Notes under the pieces: model-generated
The model's input: the letters and a program-made list of their open reading frames with translations, nothing else
What the model was told of the DNA's origin: nothing
Database searches by the model: none
Source of the DNA: Bacteroidales bacterium
GTDB taxonomy: Bacteria > Bacteroidota > Bacteroidia > Bacteroidales > ML635J-15
Reading direction: 5' to 3'
Length of the DNA stretch: 64,000 bases
Assembly (NCBI GenBank): GCA_963676165.1
Contig: OY781043.1
Span: forward strand, 633,342-697,341
Part shown: piece after piece, positions 39,103-48,462 of the stretch
Layout of the letters: every line of letters begins with the position of its first letter
Numbering within the stretch: the first letter of the stretch is position 1
Translations under genes and position numbers: made by a program

Positions 39103-40752
39103 ATGTCAGGTGGGAATTGTCCAGAAACCCCTCGTCAAAAGATGATTGGAATGATGTATCTCTTTTACACGGCGCTACTCGCGTTGAACGTGTCAGGAGA
39201 GGTTCTTGATGCATTCATCCTTGTAAACGATAGTCTTGAAGAAACAACAGAGAGTTTCTACAACAAGACAGAGGGACTATATGCTAAGCTGGGAGCTTTG
39301 AATGCCCAGCAACCAGAAAAATATGAACCTATATTTGAAGAGGCACTTGTAGTTAAAGCAAAAACTACAAAAGTGTATAATCAAATTGAACGCTACAAAC
39401 AAGAAATAATTGCAAAATCGAATGGTACTCCTTATGATCCTAAGAACCCAATATCGATTCATGATATCAATAAGAAAGATGACTTGAACTCTGCTGCAGA
39501 GCTTATGACAGGTGTTGGTGGTCCGATGAAAGGGGACTCTTTGAAGCGTGTAATCAATGAATATCGAGATTTTATGTTGTCTCATATTGAGGATACTACG
39601 TTTGCAATCTATACTAATATAAAAACCTCTTTTGACACAAGAGATGATTTTACAGATCCTGAGCACAAGAAAACTTGGGAAGGTAAACTCTTTGAGCATG
39701 TTCCTTTAGCAGGTACTATTGCATTAATGACTAAATTACAAACTGATGTTCGTAATGCTGAGGCTGATATTGTAGAGCGTATGATTACTGGTGTAGATGA
39801 TGATATGATTACTATTACTAACATTGAGGCACTTGTAAGTTCAAATGCTAGCTATATTGTAAAAGGTGGAAATTATGAAGCACAAGTGTTTATTGGAGCC
39901 CAGGATACTTCAATGAAACCTACTGTGTATTATAGTGATAAATATCCTTTCTATGATACCATTAAGGAAGATGGAAAAGTGACCTTTAAAATGCGTGGTG
40001 AAAGAGGTGTTGATTATGACACTATGCCAATTGTAAATGGTAGAGGTATTTATTCCATCGAAAATGCAACGAATATTGGTTCATATCAATTTGGTGGATT
40101 GATTGAATGGAATACTAAGCAAGGTAAAAAACTGCTTCCTTTCATGAATGAATACATGATTGGAGAAACTGGTTTTGCAGTTTCACCTTCTGGAGTAAAT
40201 GTATTTTATCGTGGTATTGATAACCCTGTTGAGGTTTCAGTATCAGGATATCCAAAAGAGAAAGTTAGAGCTTATATGAGTGGTGGTGGAACTCTCGTAC
40301 AAAGAGGTGGTTCATATGTTGCTCGTGTAACAAGCCCTTCAGCACGTGAAGTTACAATTTCTGTCTCCGTTGAAACGGATGCTGGTCCAAAAACACTTGG
40401 TAGCAAAAAATTCCGTGTGTTGAATGTACCTATACCTCCTGCAAAACTTAACGGAACCAAGAGTGAAGGACGTGTACATAAAAATGATATCTTGACTGGT
40501 GTACTAATGGCTGACCTTGGAGATCAATTTTTCCCATTCCAAGTAAAATTTGATGTGGTTAGTTTCCGTTTTACTTATAAAGTACGTGGTCAAACGAATA
40601 GTATTACTGTTTATGGTAACCGCTTGAATGCTGAGGCACAAAGTGCTTTGCAAGGATTAGGTCGTGGAACTCGTGTGAGTTTTGAGTCTATCCAGGTTAA
40701 AGGACCTTCAGGTACATTCCAAACAGCTCCTATATCACTAGAACTTAGATAA
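39103..40752 (+). CDS. gldM: gliding motility/T9SS protein GldM (PorM)
   Basis: N-terminus PRQKMIGMMYLFYTALLALNVS is characteristic of GldM. 549 aa. Confidence 0.85.
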   Translation: MSGGNCPETPRQKMIGMMYLFYTALLALNVSGEVLDAFILVNDSLEETTESFYNKTEGLYAKLGALNAQQPEKYEPIFEEALVVKAKTTKVYNQIERYKQEIIAKSNGTPYDPKNPISIHDINKKDDLNSAAELMTGVGGPMKGDSLKRVINEYRDFMLSHIEDTTFAIYTNIKTSFDTRDDFTDPEHKKTWEGKLFEHVPLAGTIALMTKLQTDVRNAEADIVERMITGVDDDMITITNIEALVSSNASYIVKGGNYEAQVFIGAQDTSMKPTVYYSDKYPFYDTIKEDGKVTFKMRGERGVDYDTMPIVNGRGIYSIENATNIGSYQFGGLIEWNTKQGKKLLPFMNEYMIGETGFAVSPSGVNVFYRGIDNPVEVSVSGYPKEKVRAYMSGGGTLVQRGGSYVARVTSPSAREVTISVSVETDAGPKTLGSKKFRVLNVPIPPAKLNGTKSEGRVHKNDILTGVLMADLGDQFFPFQVKFDVVSFRFTYKVRGQTNSITVYGNRLNAEAQSALQGLGRGTRVSFESIQVKGPSGTFQTAPISLELR

Positions 40753-40754
40753 TT

Positions 40755-41669
40755 ATGAAAAAACAAAGCATTCTTATTCTGACATTACTGGTTATTCTGA
40801 GCAGTATCGGGCTTAAAGCACGTGCTCAGGAGAGCGTTATCGATGGTGCTTATGCACGGGAACATGTTCCAAAACGTGTAAAGGTACCATACCAGGGAAT
40901 TCGTGAGGCAGATGCGATGTACTCAAAAAGAGTATTGCGTATGATTGACCTCGATGAGAAAATTAATCATCCATTGTATTTTCCGATTCGCCCAATCAAT
41001 TATCCAGGCGGAATTCAACCTGAACGCTCACGTGTTAGCCTTATCCATTTATTGTATCATATCGGTGTTATGAATGCTGCTGAAGCTCAACGTCAAAGAG
41101 TTTTCAAATTCGACCCAAATGATTTCAATAATTGGTACAAGAATCCAATTCCACCAGATGATTCACTTGGTAGAGCTCAAGTGCTTACTTATCAAGAAGA
41201 CATCCCAGTTTTGGATCCTGAAACTGGTGTACGTAATTGGGAAACCGTCGATCGTGAAATTGCTTTGCGTGATGTGAAATCATATCTACTCTGGGAAGAA
41301 TGGGTATTTGATAAACAACGCTCAGTAATGGATGTCAGAATTGTTGCAATTGCTCCTGTGGCTAAATTTATCACAGAAAAGAATGGTATTGAGGAAATTG
41401 AAACTCAGCGTTTATTCTGGGTGCCTTTCCCAAATTATCGTCCTTTGCTTGCTAGATATGAAGTGTTTAACGTTGCAAATGATTCTGAACGTCGTACTTT
41501 TGACGATGTGTTTGCTCAAAGACGCTTTGAATCATATCTCATTTCTGCTAGTAATGTGTATGATAACCGCTTTATTCGTGATTACCTCCTTGGTATTGAT
41601 GCCATGCATGAAGGTAAAAAAATCGAGGAAGAGCTATTCAATTATGAGCATGACCTTTGGGAGTATTAA
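40755..41669 (+). CDS. gldN: gliding motility/T9SS protein GldN (PorN)
   Basis: Signal peptide and a READAMYSKRVLRMIDLDEKINHPLYFP motif typical of GldN. It is the last gene of the operon. Confidence 0.85.
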   Translation: MKKQSILILTLLVILSSIGLKARAQESVIDGAYAREHVPKRVKVPYQGIREADAMYSKRVLRMIDLDEKINHPLYFPIRPINYPGGIQPERSRVSLIHLLYHIGVMNAAEAQRQRVFKFDPNDFNNWYKNPIPPDDSLGRAQVLTYQEDIPVLDPETGVRNWETVDREIALRDVKSYLLWEEWVFDKQRSVMDVRIVAIAPVAKFITEKNGIEEIETQRLFWVPFPNYRPLLARYEVFNVANDSERRTFDDVFAQRRFESYLISASNVYDNRFIRDYLLGIDAMHEGKKIEEELFNYEHDLWEY

Positions 41670-41690
41670 TGGTTTGTTTTAAAGATACAA

Positions 41691-41728
41691 AAGAGGCTGT
41701 TTCAATCGAAACAGCCTCTTTCTTTTTG
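41691..41728. terminator. bidirectional rho-independent terminator (gldN and manC converge here)
   Basis: AAGAGGCTGTTTC (41691-41703) pairs perfectly with GAAACAGCCTCTT (41708-41720). T runs lie on both strands. Confidence 0.85.
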
Positions 41729-41757
41729 TCATATTTTTTCTTTTTGAAGTCGAATGC

Positions 41758-42837
41758 TTAGTCCTCAGTTTTACGTTTTAAATCATTCAAACTTTCTTTA
41801 ATTTCTTGTTCATTTTCCTTTTTGCTGATCAGAAGCGCATCGCCAGAATCCACAATAATGTAACCTTCAATGTCTTTGATAATTGCCAGTTTATTGTCAG
41901 GAATACGAATGATGTTATCAAAGCAGTTTTCTACTATCATATTCTCAGCATTAAAAACAACATTTCGTTCATCATCTTTCAAGCTGTTTTCGTACAGACT
42001 TTTCCATGTTCCTAAGTCAGACCATCCAAATTCTGCACATAGAGTGAAAACGTTTTTCGCTTTTTCCATGACTCCATAGTCAATCGATATTGTTTTACAT
42101 TCAGAATAAACCTTTTGAATGAATTCTTTTTCCTTATCAGTGCCAAGCGATTGTTCGCCTTCAAGAAATAAATTGTGAACCTCGGGTAAATGTTCCGTTA
42201 ATGCATCATCTATACTTTTTAATGACCACATGAAAATTCCAGCATTCCAATGAAATTCACCACTTTTTAAAAAGAATTCCGCCAGTTCAAGATTTGGTTT
42301 TTCTGTGAAAGTCTTCACTCGATTGAAACGATCCTCTTTTGCTTTGCTTTCATCAATTTGAATGTAACCATAGCCTGTGTCTGGTCTATTAGGCTTTATT
42401 CCTATGGTTAACAATGCATCATTGTCCTGTACAAATTGAAGTCCGTCAACAATATTTCGTTTAAATGCTTCATCATCTAAAATAAGATGATCCGATGGTG
42501 TTACGACAATATTTGCATAAGGCGTGATTTGTTTGATTCTACAGGTTGCATAACTGATACATGGTGCAGTGTTTCTGCGCATTGGTTCAAGTAGAATGTT
42601 CTCTTTTGGGAGTTTTGGCAATTGTTCTTGAACCAAATTCTCATAATCCGCACTGGTAACAATGAAAATATTCTCTGCAGGAAATAGATCATTAAAACGT
42701 TTAAACGTTAATTGGAGCAATGAGTGACCTACTCCTAAAATATCCAAAAACTGTTTAGGCTTTTTCGCTGTACTAATTGGCCAAAATCGGCTTCCAATCC
42801 CTCCTGCCATGATGACACAGTAATTCGTATTTTTCAT
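41758..42837 (-). CDS. manC: mannose-1-phosphate guanylyltransferase
   Basis: VIMAGGIGSRFWPIS NTP-transferase motif. 359 aa. Confidence 0.8.
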   Translation of the reverse strand: MKNTNYCVIMAGGIGSRFWPISTAKKPKQFLDILGVGHSLLQLTFKRFNDLFPAENIFIVTSADYENLVQEQLPKLPKENILLEPMRRNTAPCISYATCRIKQITPYANIVVTPSDHLILDDEAFKRNIVDGLQFVQDNDALLTIGIKPNRPDTGYGYIQIDESKAKEDRFNRVKTFTEKPNLELAEFFLKSGEFHWNAGIFMWSLKSIDDALTEHLPEVHNLFLEGEQSLGTDKEKEFIQKVYSECKTISIDYGVMEKAKNVFTLCAEFGWSDLGTWKSLYENSLKDDERNVVFNAENMIVENCFDNIIRIPDNKLAIIKDIEGYIIVDSGDALLISKKENEQEIKESLNDLKRKTED

Positions 42838-42929
42838 AATTCACGTTTTTCTTTACGTATGGAAAATACGAAAAATTTGTCGGACAATAAAATATATAGC
42901 TTTTATTTTCGCTATAATCATAAGAATCG

Positions 42930-42937
42930 TAAATTTG
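42930..42937 (+). promoter_or_regulatory. candidate -7 box TAAATTTG for the mlaE-like operon
   Basis: Matches TAnnTTTG and lies 16 nt upstream of the ATG at 42953. It overlaps the TTG that opens the track ORF, which argues for the ATG start. Confidence 0.3.
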
Positions 42938-42952
42938 TTTTACAGACAAAGA

Positions 42953-43708
42953 ATGCATAAATCTGTCATGAAGATTTTTACACATATTGGGCGTTATATC
43001 ATTTTGTTGGGGCAAGTTATTTCCCGACCTGATAAACCTCGTATGTTTTGGAAACAAGTTTTTCGTGAATTGGAAATCATTGGAATGAATTCTTTAGGCA
43101 TTGTGGCAATTGTTTCGATATTTATGGGAGCTGTGTTAACTCTCCAGGTCGGAATTAATTTTGTCCATCCTTTAATCCCGAATTATTTGGTTGGCTTAAC
43201 AGTTAGAGATACCATGATTCTTGAATTTGCATCCACAATCATTTGTCTTATTCTGGCAGGAAAAGCAGGGTCAAATATTGCATCTGAAATTGGAACCATG
43301 CGAATTACTGAGCAAATTGATGCTTTAGAAATTATGGGTGTAAACTCTGCATCCTATTTGATTCTCCCAAAGGTGATTGCTGCTCTTATGTTTTTTCCAA
43401 TTTTAACACTTGTGTCTGTCATGTTAGGAATTGCAGGAGGAATTGGGGTTTCTTTATTAACAGATGTGGTGACAGTTTTTGATTATCTTGATGGACTTCG
43501 AATCTTTTTTCATCCTTTTTATATTGTCTATACTCTGGTAAAAATGTTAGTGTATGCATTTATTATTACCACAGTTTCTTCATACCATGGTTATTACACT
43601 TATGGAGGTGCATTGGAAGTTGGAAAAAGTAGTACCCGAGCTGTAGTGTACAGTATTATTGCAATTTTAGTGATGGATTTGGTGATTACTCAATTGATGT
43701 TAACATGA
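42953..43708 (+). CDS. mlaE: ABC transporter permease, MlaE/Ttg2B family
   Basis: Multi-TM protein with GAVLTLQ...AGKAGSNIASEIGTMRITEQIDALEIMG, the MlaE signature region. Confidence 0.8.
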   Translation: MHKSVMKIFTHIGRYIILLGQVISRPDKPRMFWKQVFRELEIIGMNSLGIVAIVSIFMGAVLTLQVGINFVHPLIPNYLVGLTVRDTMILEFASTIICLILAGKAGSNIASEIGTMRITEQIDALEIMGVNSASYLILPKVIAALMFFPILTLVSVMLGIAGGIGVSLLTDVVTVFDYLDGLRIFFHPFYIVYTLVKMLVYAFIITTVSSYHGYYTYGGALEVGKSSTRAVVYSIIAILVMDLVITQLMLT

Positions 43709-44460
43709 TACAGGTTAGTCAAATAGAAAAATCATTTGCTGGTGCAAAAGTATTGCATTCTGTTTCTGCCGATTTTGTCGAGGGGAAAACCAATCTTATC
43801 ATTGGACAAAGTGGAAGTGGAAAAACTGTTTTATTGAAATGCATTGTCGGATTGCATACCCCTGATCATGGGTCAATTATTTACGATGGACGCGATTACC
43901 TTTCTGCTGAATCGAAAGTGAAAAAAAATATCCGTAAAGAAATTGGTATGGTTTTTCAAGGAGGAGCGCTCTTTACATCGGAAACAATACAGGATAATGT
44001 GATGTTTCCTTTGAATATGTTTACCAAACAGTCTAAAAAAGAAAAGCTTTTTCGTGTCAATGAGTGTTTGGAGCGTGTCGGAATTACCGGAACAAATACG
44101 CTTTTCCCGTCGGAATTGTCTGGAGGAATGCAGAAAAGAGCTGCTATTGCTCGTGCAATTGTTTTGAATCCCAAATATTTATTCTGTGATGAGCCGAATT
44201 CCGGATTAGACCCAAAAACTTCGATAAAAATTGATGAGCTTATTTCTGATATTACAAAAGAATACAACATCACAACCATTATTAATACGCATGATATGAA
44301 CTCTCTTATGCAGATTGGTGATTATATTTTATTTCTCAATCATGGGAAAAAAGAGTGGGAAGGCAATATGAAAGAAATATTTAATGCTGATAGCGAGGCC
44401 TTCAATGATTTTGTATTTGCATCAGAAATGGCAAAAACTTTAGTAAACCAGAAAAAATGA
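43705..44460 (+). CDS. ABC transporter ATP-binding protein (MlaF-like)
   Basis: Walker A GQSGSGKT, signature LSGGMQKR and Walker B LFCDEP. A 4-nt overlap links it to the upstream gene. Confidence 0.85.
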   Translation: MIQVSQIEKSFAGAKVLHSVSADFVEGKTNLIIGQSGSGKTVLLKCIVGLHTPDHGSIIYDGRDYLSAESKVKKNIRKEIGMVFQGGALFTSETIQDNVMFPLNMFTKQSKKEKLFRVNECLERVGITGTNTLFPSELSGGMQKRAAIARAIVLNPKYLFCDEPNSGLDPKTSIKIDELISDITKEYNITTIINTHDMNSLMQIGDYILFLNHGKKEWEGNMKEIFNADSEAFNDFVFASEMAKTLVNQKK

Positions 44461-44837
44461 AGAAAAGATTAGGATATATTTTCGTGATATTGAGTTTTGT
44501 AAGTATGTTTTTCGCATGCGGTCCAAAACCTGATGAAATTGCAAAACCAGATAACTTGATTGCAAAGGATACTCTTGCTTTAATGTTTTATGATATTCAT
44601 ATGATTGATGCTGCTTTGACAACAAATGTAGTAACTCCGAGAGGAGTGTATTCGCGTTTTAATTTGTATCAATCAATGTTTGAAAAGTACAACCGTACAG
44701 AGGATGATTTTAATACGACGATTCGTTATTATGTCTTAAATGATATTGATCAACTTGACAAAGTATATGAAAATGTTCTCGCTCGTATGAATAAGGAACA
44801 GGGTGAATTAACAAAAGCGATACAGGAGGAAATTTAG
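44457..44837 (+). CDS. hypothetical lipoprotein (DUF4296-like)
   Basis: Lipobox (MFFAC). 126 aa. A 4-nt ATGA overlap links it to the ATPase gene. The family assignment is from memory only. Confidence 0.45.
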   Translation: MKKRLGYIFVILSFVSMFFACGPKPDEIAKPDNLIAKDTLALMFYDIHMIDAALTTNVVTPRGVYSRFNLYQSMFEKYNRTEDDFNTTIRYYVLNDIDQLDKVYENVLARMNKEQGELTKAIQEEI

Positions 44838-45397
44838 TGGGTTTCCCTTTCCATTTCAATGCGAAATTTGTTTCTGTTGACTATCCGTCTTTCCGTTTTC
44901 GACAGACCGATTTCTTTAAGTTTAGAGATTTCTTGAAACGGAAATATCCAGATTTAAATGTAAGTAGAAATGAATTGGAGTTTGATTTAACTCATGTATT
45001 TGGCTTTATGAACTTTTCCGTACGCATCGAGAAAAAAGAAAGTTCTTTACATTATTCCATCGATATGATTCCAGTTGTGCTTACAACACTTCTCTTGCTG
45101 TTTGCCAGTTTGTTTTTGGCACAAGGTGGAGTGATGTTAAGCTTAGCAATTGGTTTCCTTTCTTTTATTCTCATCTATTCCTTTTCAGTGTTGATAGTGA
45201 ATGGTATGGTTCGTCGCTTAATTGAGGAGTTTGTCAAAAAAGAAATGAAGCGATTGGAAGACAAAGTGGTCAATCCGGTTTGTATTGTATGTGGAACACC
45301 TATGAAGGCTGGACAAACCAAGTGTCAAGCATGTGAGGGCAGAAAAAAAAGCGAAGGGTCTAGCATTAAGTATTCATATACACCAAATCAAAAGTGA
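44837..45397 (+). CDS. hypothetical membrane protein with a C-terminal zinc ribbon
   Basis: The GTG start overlaps the upstream TAG by 1 nt. It has two central TM helices and CIVCGTPMKAGQTKCQAC (CxxC-x9-CxxC). Confidence 0.45.
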   Translation: MGFPFHFNAKFVSVDYPSFRFRQTDFFKFRDFLKRKYPDLNVSRNELEFDLTHVFGFMNFSVRIEKKESSLHYSIDMIPVVLTTLLLLFASLFLAQGGVMLSLAIGFLSFILIYSFSVLIVNGMVRRLIEEFVKKEMKRLEDKVVNPVCIVCGTPMKAGQTKCQACEGRKKSEGSSIKYSYTPNQK

Positions 45398-46572
45398 TGA
45401 GACGAATTGCTGCAAAATTAGCTTTTACAGGAACGCGCTATATTCAGAATCCGGTGATAGAAATCAGCGATAATCAAGAGATATTGTCTGTGAAGTCCAT
45501 AGACCTTTCCCAAAATGAGTTGCCAAATTGTGAATATTACAGTGGCTTGCTGGTTCCCGGTTTTATTAATGCACATACCCATACGGAATTGTCGATGAAA
45601 GGGGAAACCTATACTTCTCAGGGAGGAATGATGGACTTTGTCAAACATGTTATTTCATTAAGGCGAAATAATAAATTACCTCAAGCCTCAGATTTGCAAA
45701 CTGTGTATCAACGGATGAGAGCTGAAGGTACAGTTGCTTTTGCTGATATTACCAATTCTGAAGTGAGTTTTCATGCTAAACAAAAAACGGAATTGCATCA
45801 TAAGAGTTTTTTCGAATTTTTCCCATTGTCAGCAAAACAGGCAGAAGAGCAGAGGAATGTGTATTCTAATGTCAGACGAAATTTCACAGATTGTGAGGTC
45901 TTTCCTTCCTTACATTCACCATATGCATTAACAATAACAGGATTGAATTCAATCAAAGATTTGTTCAATCATAGTGAATTTAGCTCAATACATTACCGTG
46001 AAAGTGAGGATGAATTGCACCTCGATTCACCAGACAATCCAATGCACTCATTTTACAGAAACATTGAGCCGAATTATGAAGCTGCCTTTGTTAATCCCGT
46101 GTTTTCCGAGACATTGGGTGATGTGCTGAAGCATACCAAGCATTTGCTGCTTGTACACAATACATGCATCAGGCAGGAAGATGTGGATGACATTTTGAAG
46201 TGGTCTGATCGACATGAAGTTAACTTAAATTTTGTGCTTTGCCCAAGGTCAAATATGAATATCAATGCAAACTTGCCCGATATTCATGGATTTATGGAGC
46301 AAAATCTTAATCTCTGTTTTGGAACAGACTCATTGTTATCTGCCCCAAACTTATCTATCTTTGAGGAATTGAAATTTGTTCAGGCGAATTATCCTGAAAT
46401 TAAGCTGCAGTCCTTATTGAAAATGTCTGCATATAATGCGGCACTAGCATTAGGTTGGGATGAATTGGGCGAATTAGCTGTTGGGAAAAAACCTGGAATA
46501 AATTTAATATCAATGAAAGCATTGCATTCTGATCGCTTACATCCGGATGCTGAATTAAAAGTAATTGTATAA
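45397..46572 (+). CDS. amidohydrolase-superfamily metal-dependent hydrolase/deaminase-like
   Basis: LLVPGFINAHTHTELS (HxH metal motif) and later VHN...FGTDS motifs. The ATG at 45397 overlaps the upstream TGA by 1 nt. Confidence 0.75.
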   Translation: MRRIAAKLAFTGTRYIQNPVIEISDNQEILSVKSIDLSQNELPNCEYYSGLLVPGFINAHTHTELSMKGETYTSQGGMMDFVKHVISLRRNNKLPQASDLQTVYQRMRAEGTVAFADITNSEVSFHAKQKTELHHKSFFEFFPLSAKQAEEQRNVYSNVRRNFTDCEVFPSLHSPYALTITGLNSIKDLFNHSEFSSIHYRESEDELHLDSPDNPMHSFYRNIEPNYEAAFVNPVFSETLGDVLKHTKHLLLVHNTCIRQEDVDDILKWSDRHEVNLNFVLCPRSNMNINANLPDIHGFMEQNLNLCFGTDSLLSAPNLSIFEELKFVQANYPEIKLQSLLKMSAYNAALALGWDELGELAVGKKPGINLISMKALHSDRLHPDAELKVIV

Positions 46573-47340
46573 ATGGCAACTTTTTTATTTGATGATATTG
46601 TTTTCGGACCGGTGAAGTCTCGTCGTTTGGGTCACTCTTTGGGGATTAATCTTCTTCCTGAAAATGCGAAAGTGTGCAACTTTAATTGTGTGTATTGCGA
46701 ATGTGGTTGGACAGATCCAAAAGGGGAGAAGCTTCCTAAATTTGAGGAAATTATTCGCCGTATGGAAAGTGGTTTCAAGGATTGTGTAGAAAATAATATT
46801 CCTGTCGATGCAATTACTTTTGCAGGAAATGGTGAACCAACTTTGCATCCAAAATTTTCAGAAATTGTTGATCATACCATCCGTTTGCGTGATAGATATT
46901 TGCCAAATGCCCGAATTGTAGTCTTGACAAATGCCGGACTTTTGCATAAACCCGCAGTTCGTGATGCGCTTGTTAATGTGGATATGGCGCTTTTGAAATT
47001 AGATTCTGGAGTAGAAGAAACCGTAAAAATCATCAATCAACCAGCTCCTGGTTTTAATTTCCAACAATACATTGAGAATATTAAGCAGTTTCCGGGTAGA
47101 AAGATCATCCAAACTATGTTTCTAAACTATGAGTATGAAGGAGGACTGATCGACAATACAATAGAAGAGGAAATGATTGCTTGGTTGAAAGCATTGAAAT
47201 ATATTAATCCTGAATTGGTAATGATCTATTCTGTAGCCCGTGATACGCCAGATGCAGGGGTTAAATCAGTAAGTCGAGAAAAGCTCATGCAAATTGCTGA
47301 ACGTGTCAAAAAGGAAGGATTTCAAGTTGAAATATCCTAA
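46573..47340 (+). CDS. radical SAM protein, small (255 aa), function unknown
   Basis: FGPVKSRRLGHSLGINLLP...CNFNCVYCECGW (CxxxCxxC) and GNGEPTLHP. It starts directly after the upstream stop. Confidence 0.8.
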   Translation: MATFLFDDIVFGPVKSRRLGHSLGINLLPENAKVCNFNCVYCECGWTDPKGEKLPKFEEIIRRMESGFKDCVENNIPVDAITFAGNGEPTLHPKFSEIVDHTIRLRDRYLPNARIVVLTNAGLLHKPAVRDALVNVDMALLKLDSGVEETVKIINQPAPGFNFQQYIENIKQFPGRKIIQTMFLNYEYEGGLIDNTIEEEMIAWLKALKYINPELVMIYSVARDTPDAGVKSVSREKLMQIAERVKKEGFQVEIS

Positions 47341-48397
47341 CCAACATAAAAAGATACTTGTTGCACCGCTAAATTGGGGGCTGGGTCATGCAACGCGCAT
47401 GATGCCTCTTATCCGCGAAAGTATTCATAAAGGTTATGAGGTTGAAATTGCTACCGATGGGCAGGCGTACAATGTTCTAAAGGAAGCTTTCCCAGAGCTA
47501 ACCATCCATACATTGCCAGCTTATCATATCAAATATTCAAAGAATAAGTATTTGATGCTCCGCTTGATATTTCAAGCACCTCAAATGGTGCAGACTATGA
47601 GGAAAGAGCACAAGTGGTTGAAGGCTTATGTCCAAGAAAATACGCCTGATGTTATTATTTCTGATGATCGTTTTGGTATGTTTCATAGAGAAGTGAAATC
47701 CTATTATGTGACACATCAAATCAATGTGTTGATGCCATCTTACCTAAAGTTTTTACAGCCATTGGTTCGTTTTCTTCATCGTAAAATAATACAATCATAC
47801 ACTGCTTGTCTTATTCCCGACTTGGAAAATAATGGCTTAAGTGGTCAGTTAGCACATGCGAAAAGCGGATTCCGCTTTCCGGTTAAGTATATGGGAGTAC
47901 TTAGCCGTTTTCAAGGAATTGATTGTCCAAAACCGGATGTTTTACCTGACGTTTTAGCTGTTATATCCGGACCAGAACCACAGCGAAGTATTCTCGAACA
48001 CATGTTAATTGAGCTTTATCAAGACAAAGAAACTGAGGCTTGGATTGTTTCCGGAAAACCGGAAAGTGATGATGTTCAGGAATTTAACAATGTGAGGTTA
48101 ATCAGTCATTTGCCTTCTGAGCAATTGTGTGCATTAATGAAATATACTCCTATTTTAATTTCCCGATCTGGGTATTCCACATTGATGGATTTATTTGAGC
48201 TTAAACGGAAAGCAATTCTTATTCCTACTCCTGGACAAACTGAGCAGTTGTATTTAGGGGAGTTGTTTGCTGAGCAGTACAGTTTTACAACAATCATGCA
48301 GCACGAGATCTTATCTGTGAACCAGATTGATGTTTCACAATGTGGAGTGTGGGAAGCAGTCGAGGAACAGGCAGCAGATATTGTTCACTTGCTATAG
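47294..48397 (+). CDS. glycosyltransferase (GT-B, MurG/GT28-like N-terminus)
   Basis: ILVAPLNWGLGHATR N-terminal motif. There is no ATG upstream of this motif, so the start must be TTG or GTG (47294, 47303 or 47327) overlapping the radical SAM 3' end. The start is uncertain. Confidence 0.65.
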   Translation: MLNVSKRKDFKLKYPNQHKKILVAPLNWGLGHATRMMPLIRESIHKGYEVEIATDGQAYNVLKEAFPELTIHTLPAYHIKYSKNKYLMLRLIFQAPQMVQTMRKEHKWLKAYVQENTPDVIISDDRFGMFHREVKSYYVTHQINVLMPSYLKFLQPLVRFLHRKIIQSYTACLIPDLENNGLSGQLAHAKSGFRFPVKYMGVLSRFQGIDCPKPDVLPDVLAVISGPEPQRSILEHMLIELYQDKETEAWIVSGKPESDDVQEFNNVRLISHLPSEQLCALMKYTPILISRSGYSTLMDLFELKRKAILIPTPGQTEQLYLGELFAEQYSFTTIMQHEILSVNQIDVSQCGVWEAVEEQAADIVHLL

Positions 48398-48415
48398 TTT
48401 GGTTTTATCGAAAGC

Positions 48416-48445
48416 AAAAAAAGGTTGGCAAGTGCCAACCTTTTT
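48416..48445. terminator. bidirectional rho-independent terminator
   Basis: AAAAAGGTTGGC pairs with GCCAACCTTTTT (48418-48429 and 48434-48445) across a 4-nt loop. Confidence 0.85.
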
Positions 48446-48462
48446 CATTTTAATTCAATATT

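Noticed and set aside
42773-43057. A 94-aa minus-strand ORF bridging the manC start and the mlaE start.
   Set aside because: It overlaps two well-supported genes and the divergent promoter region, and it has no recognisable motif.
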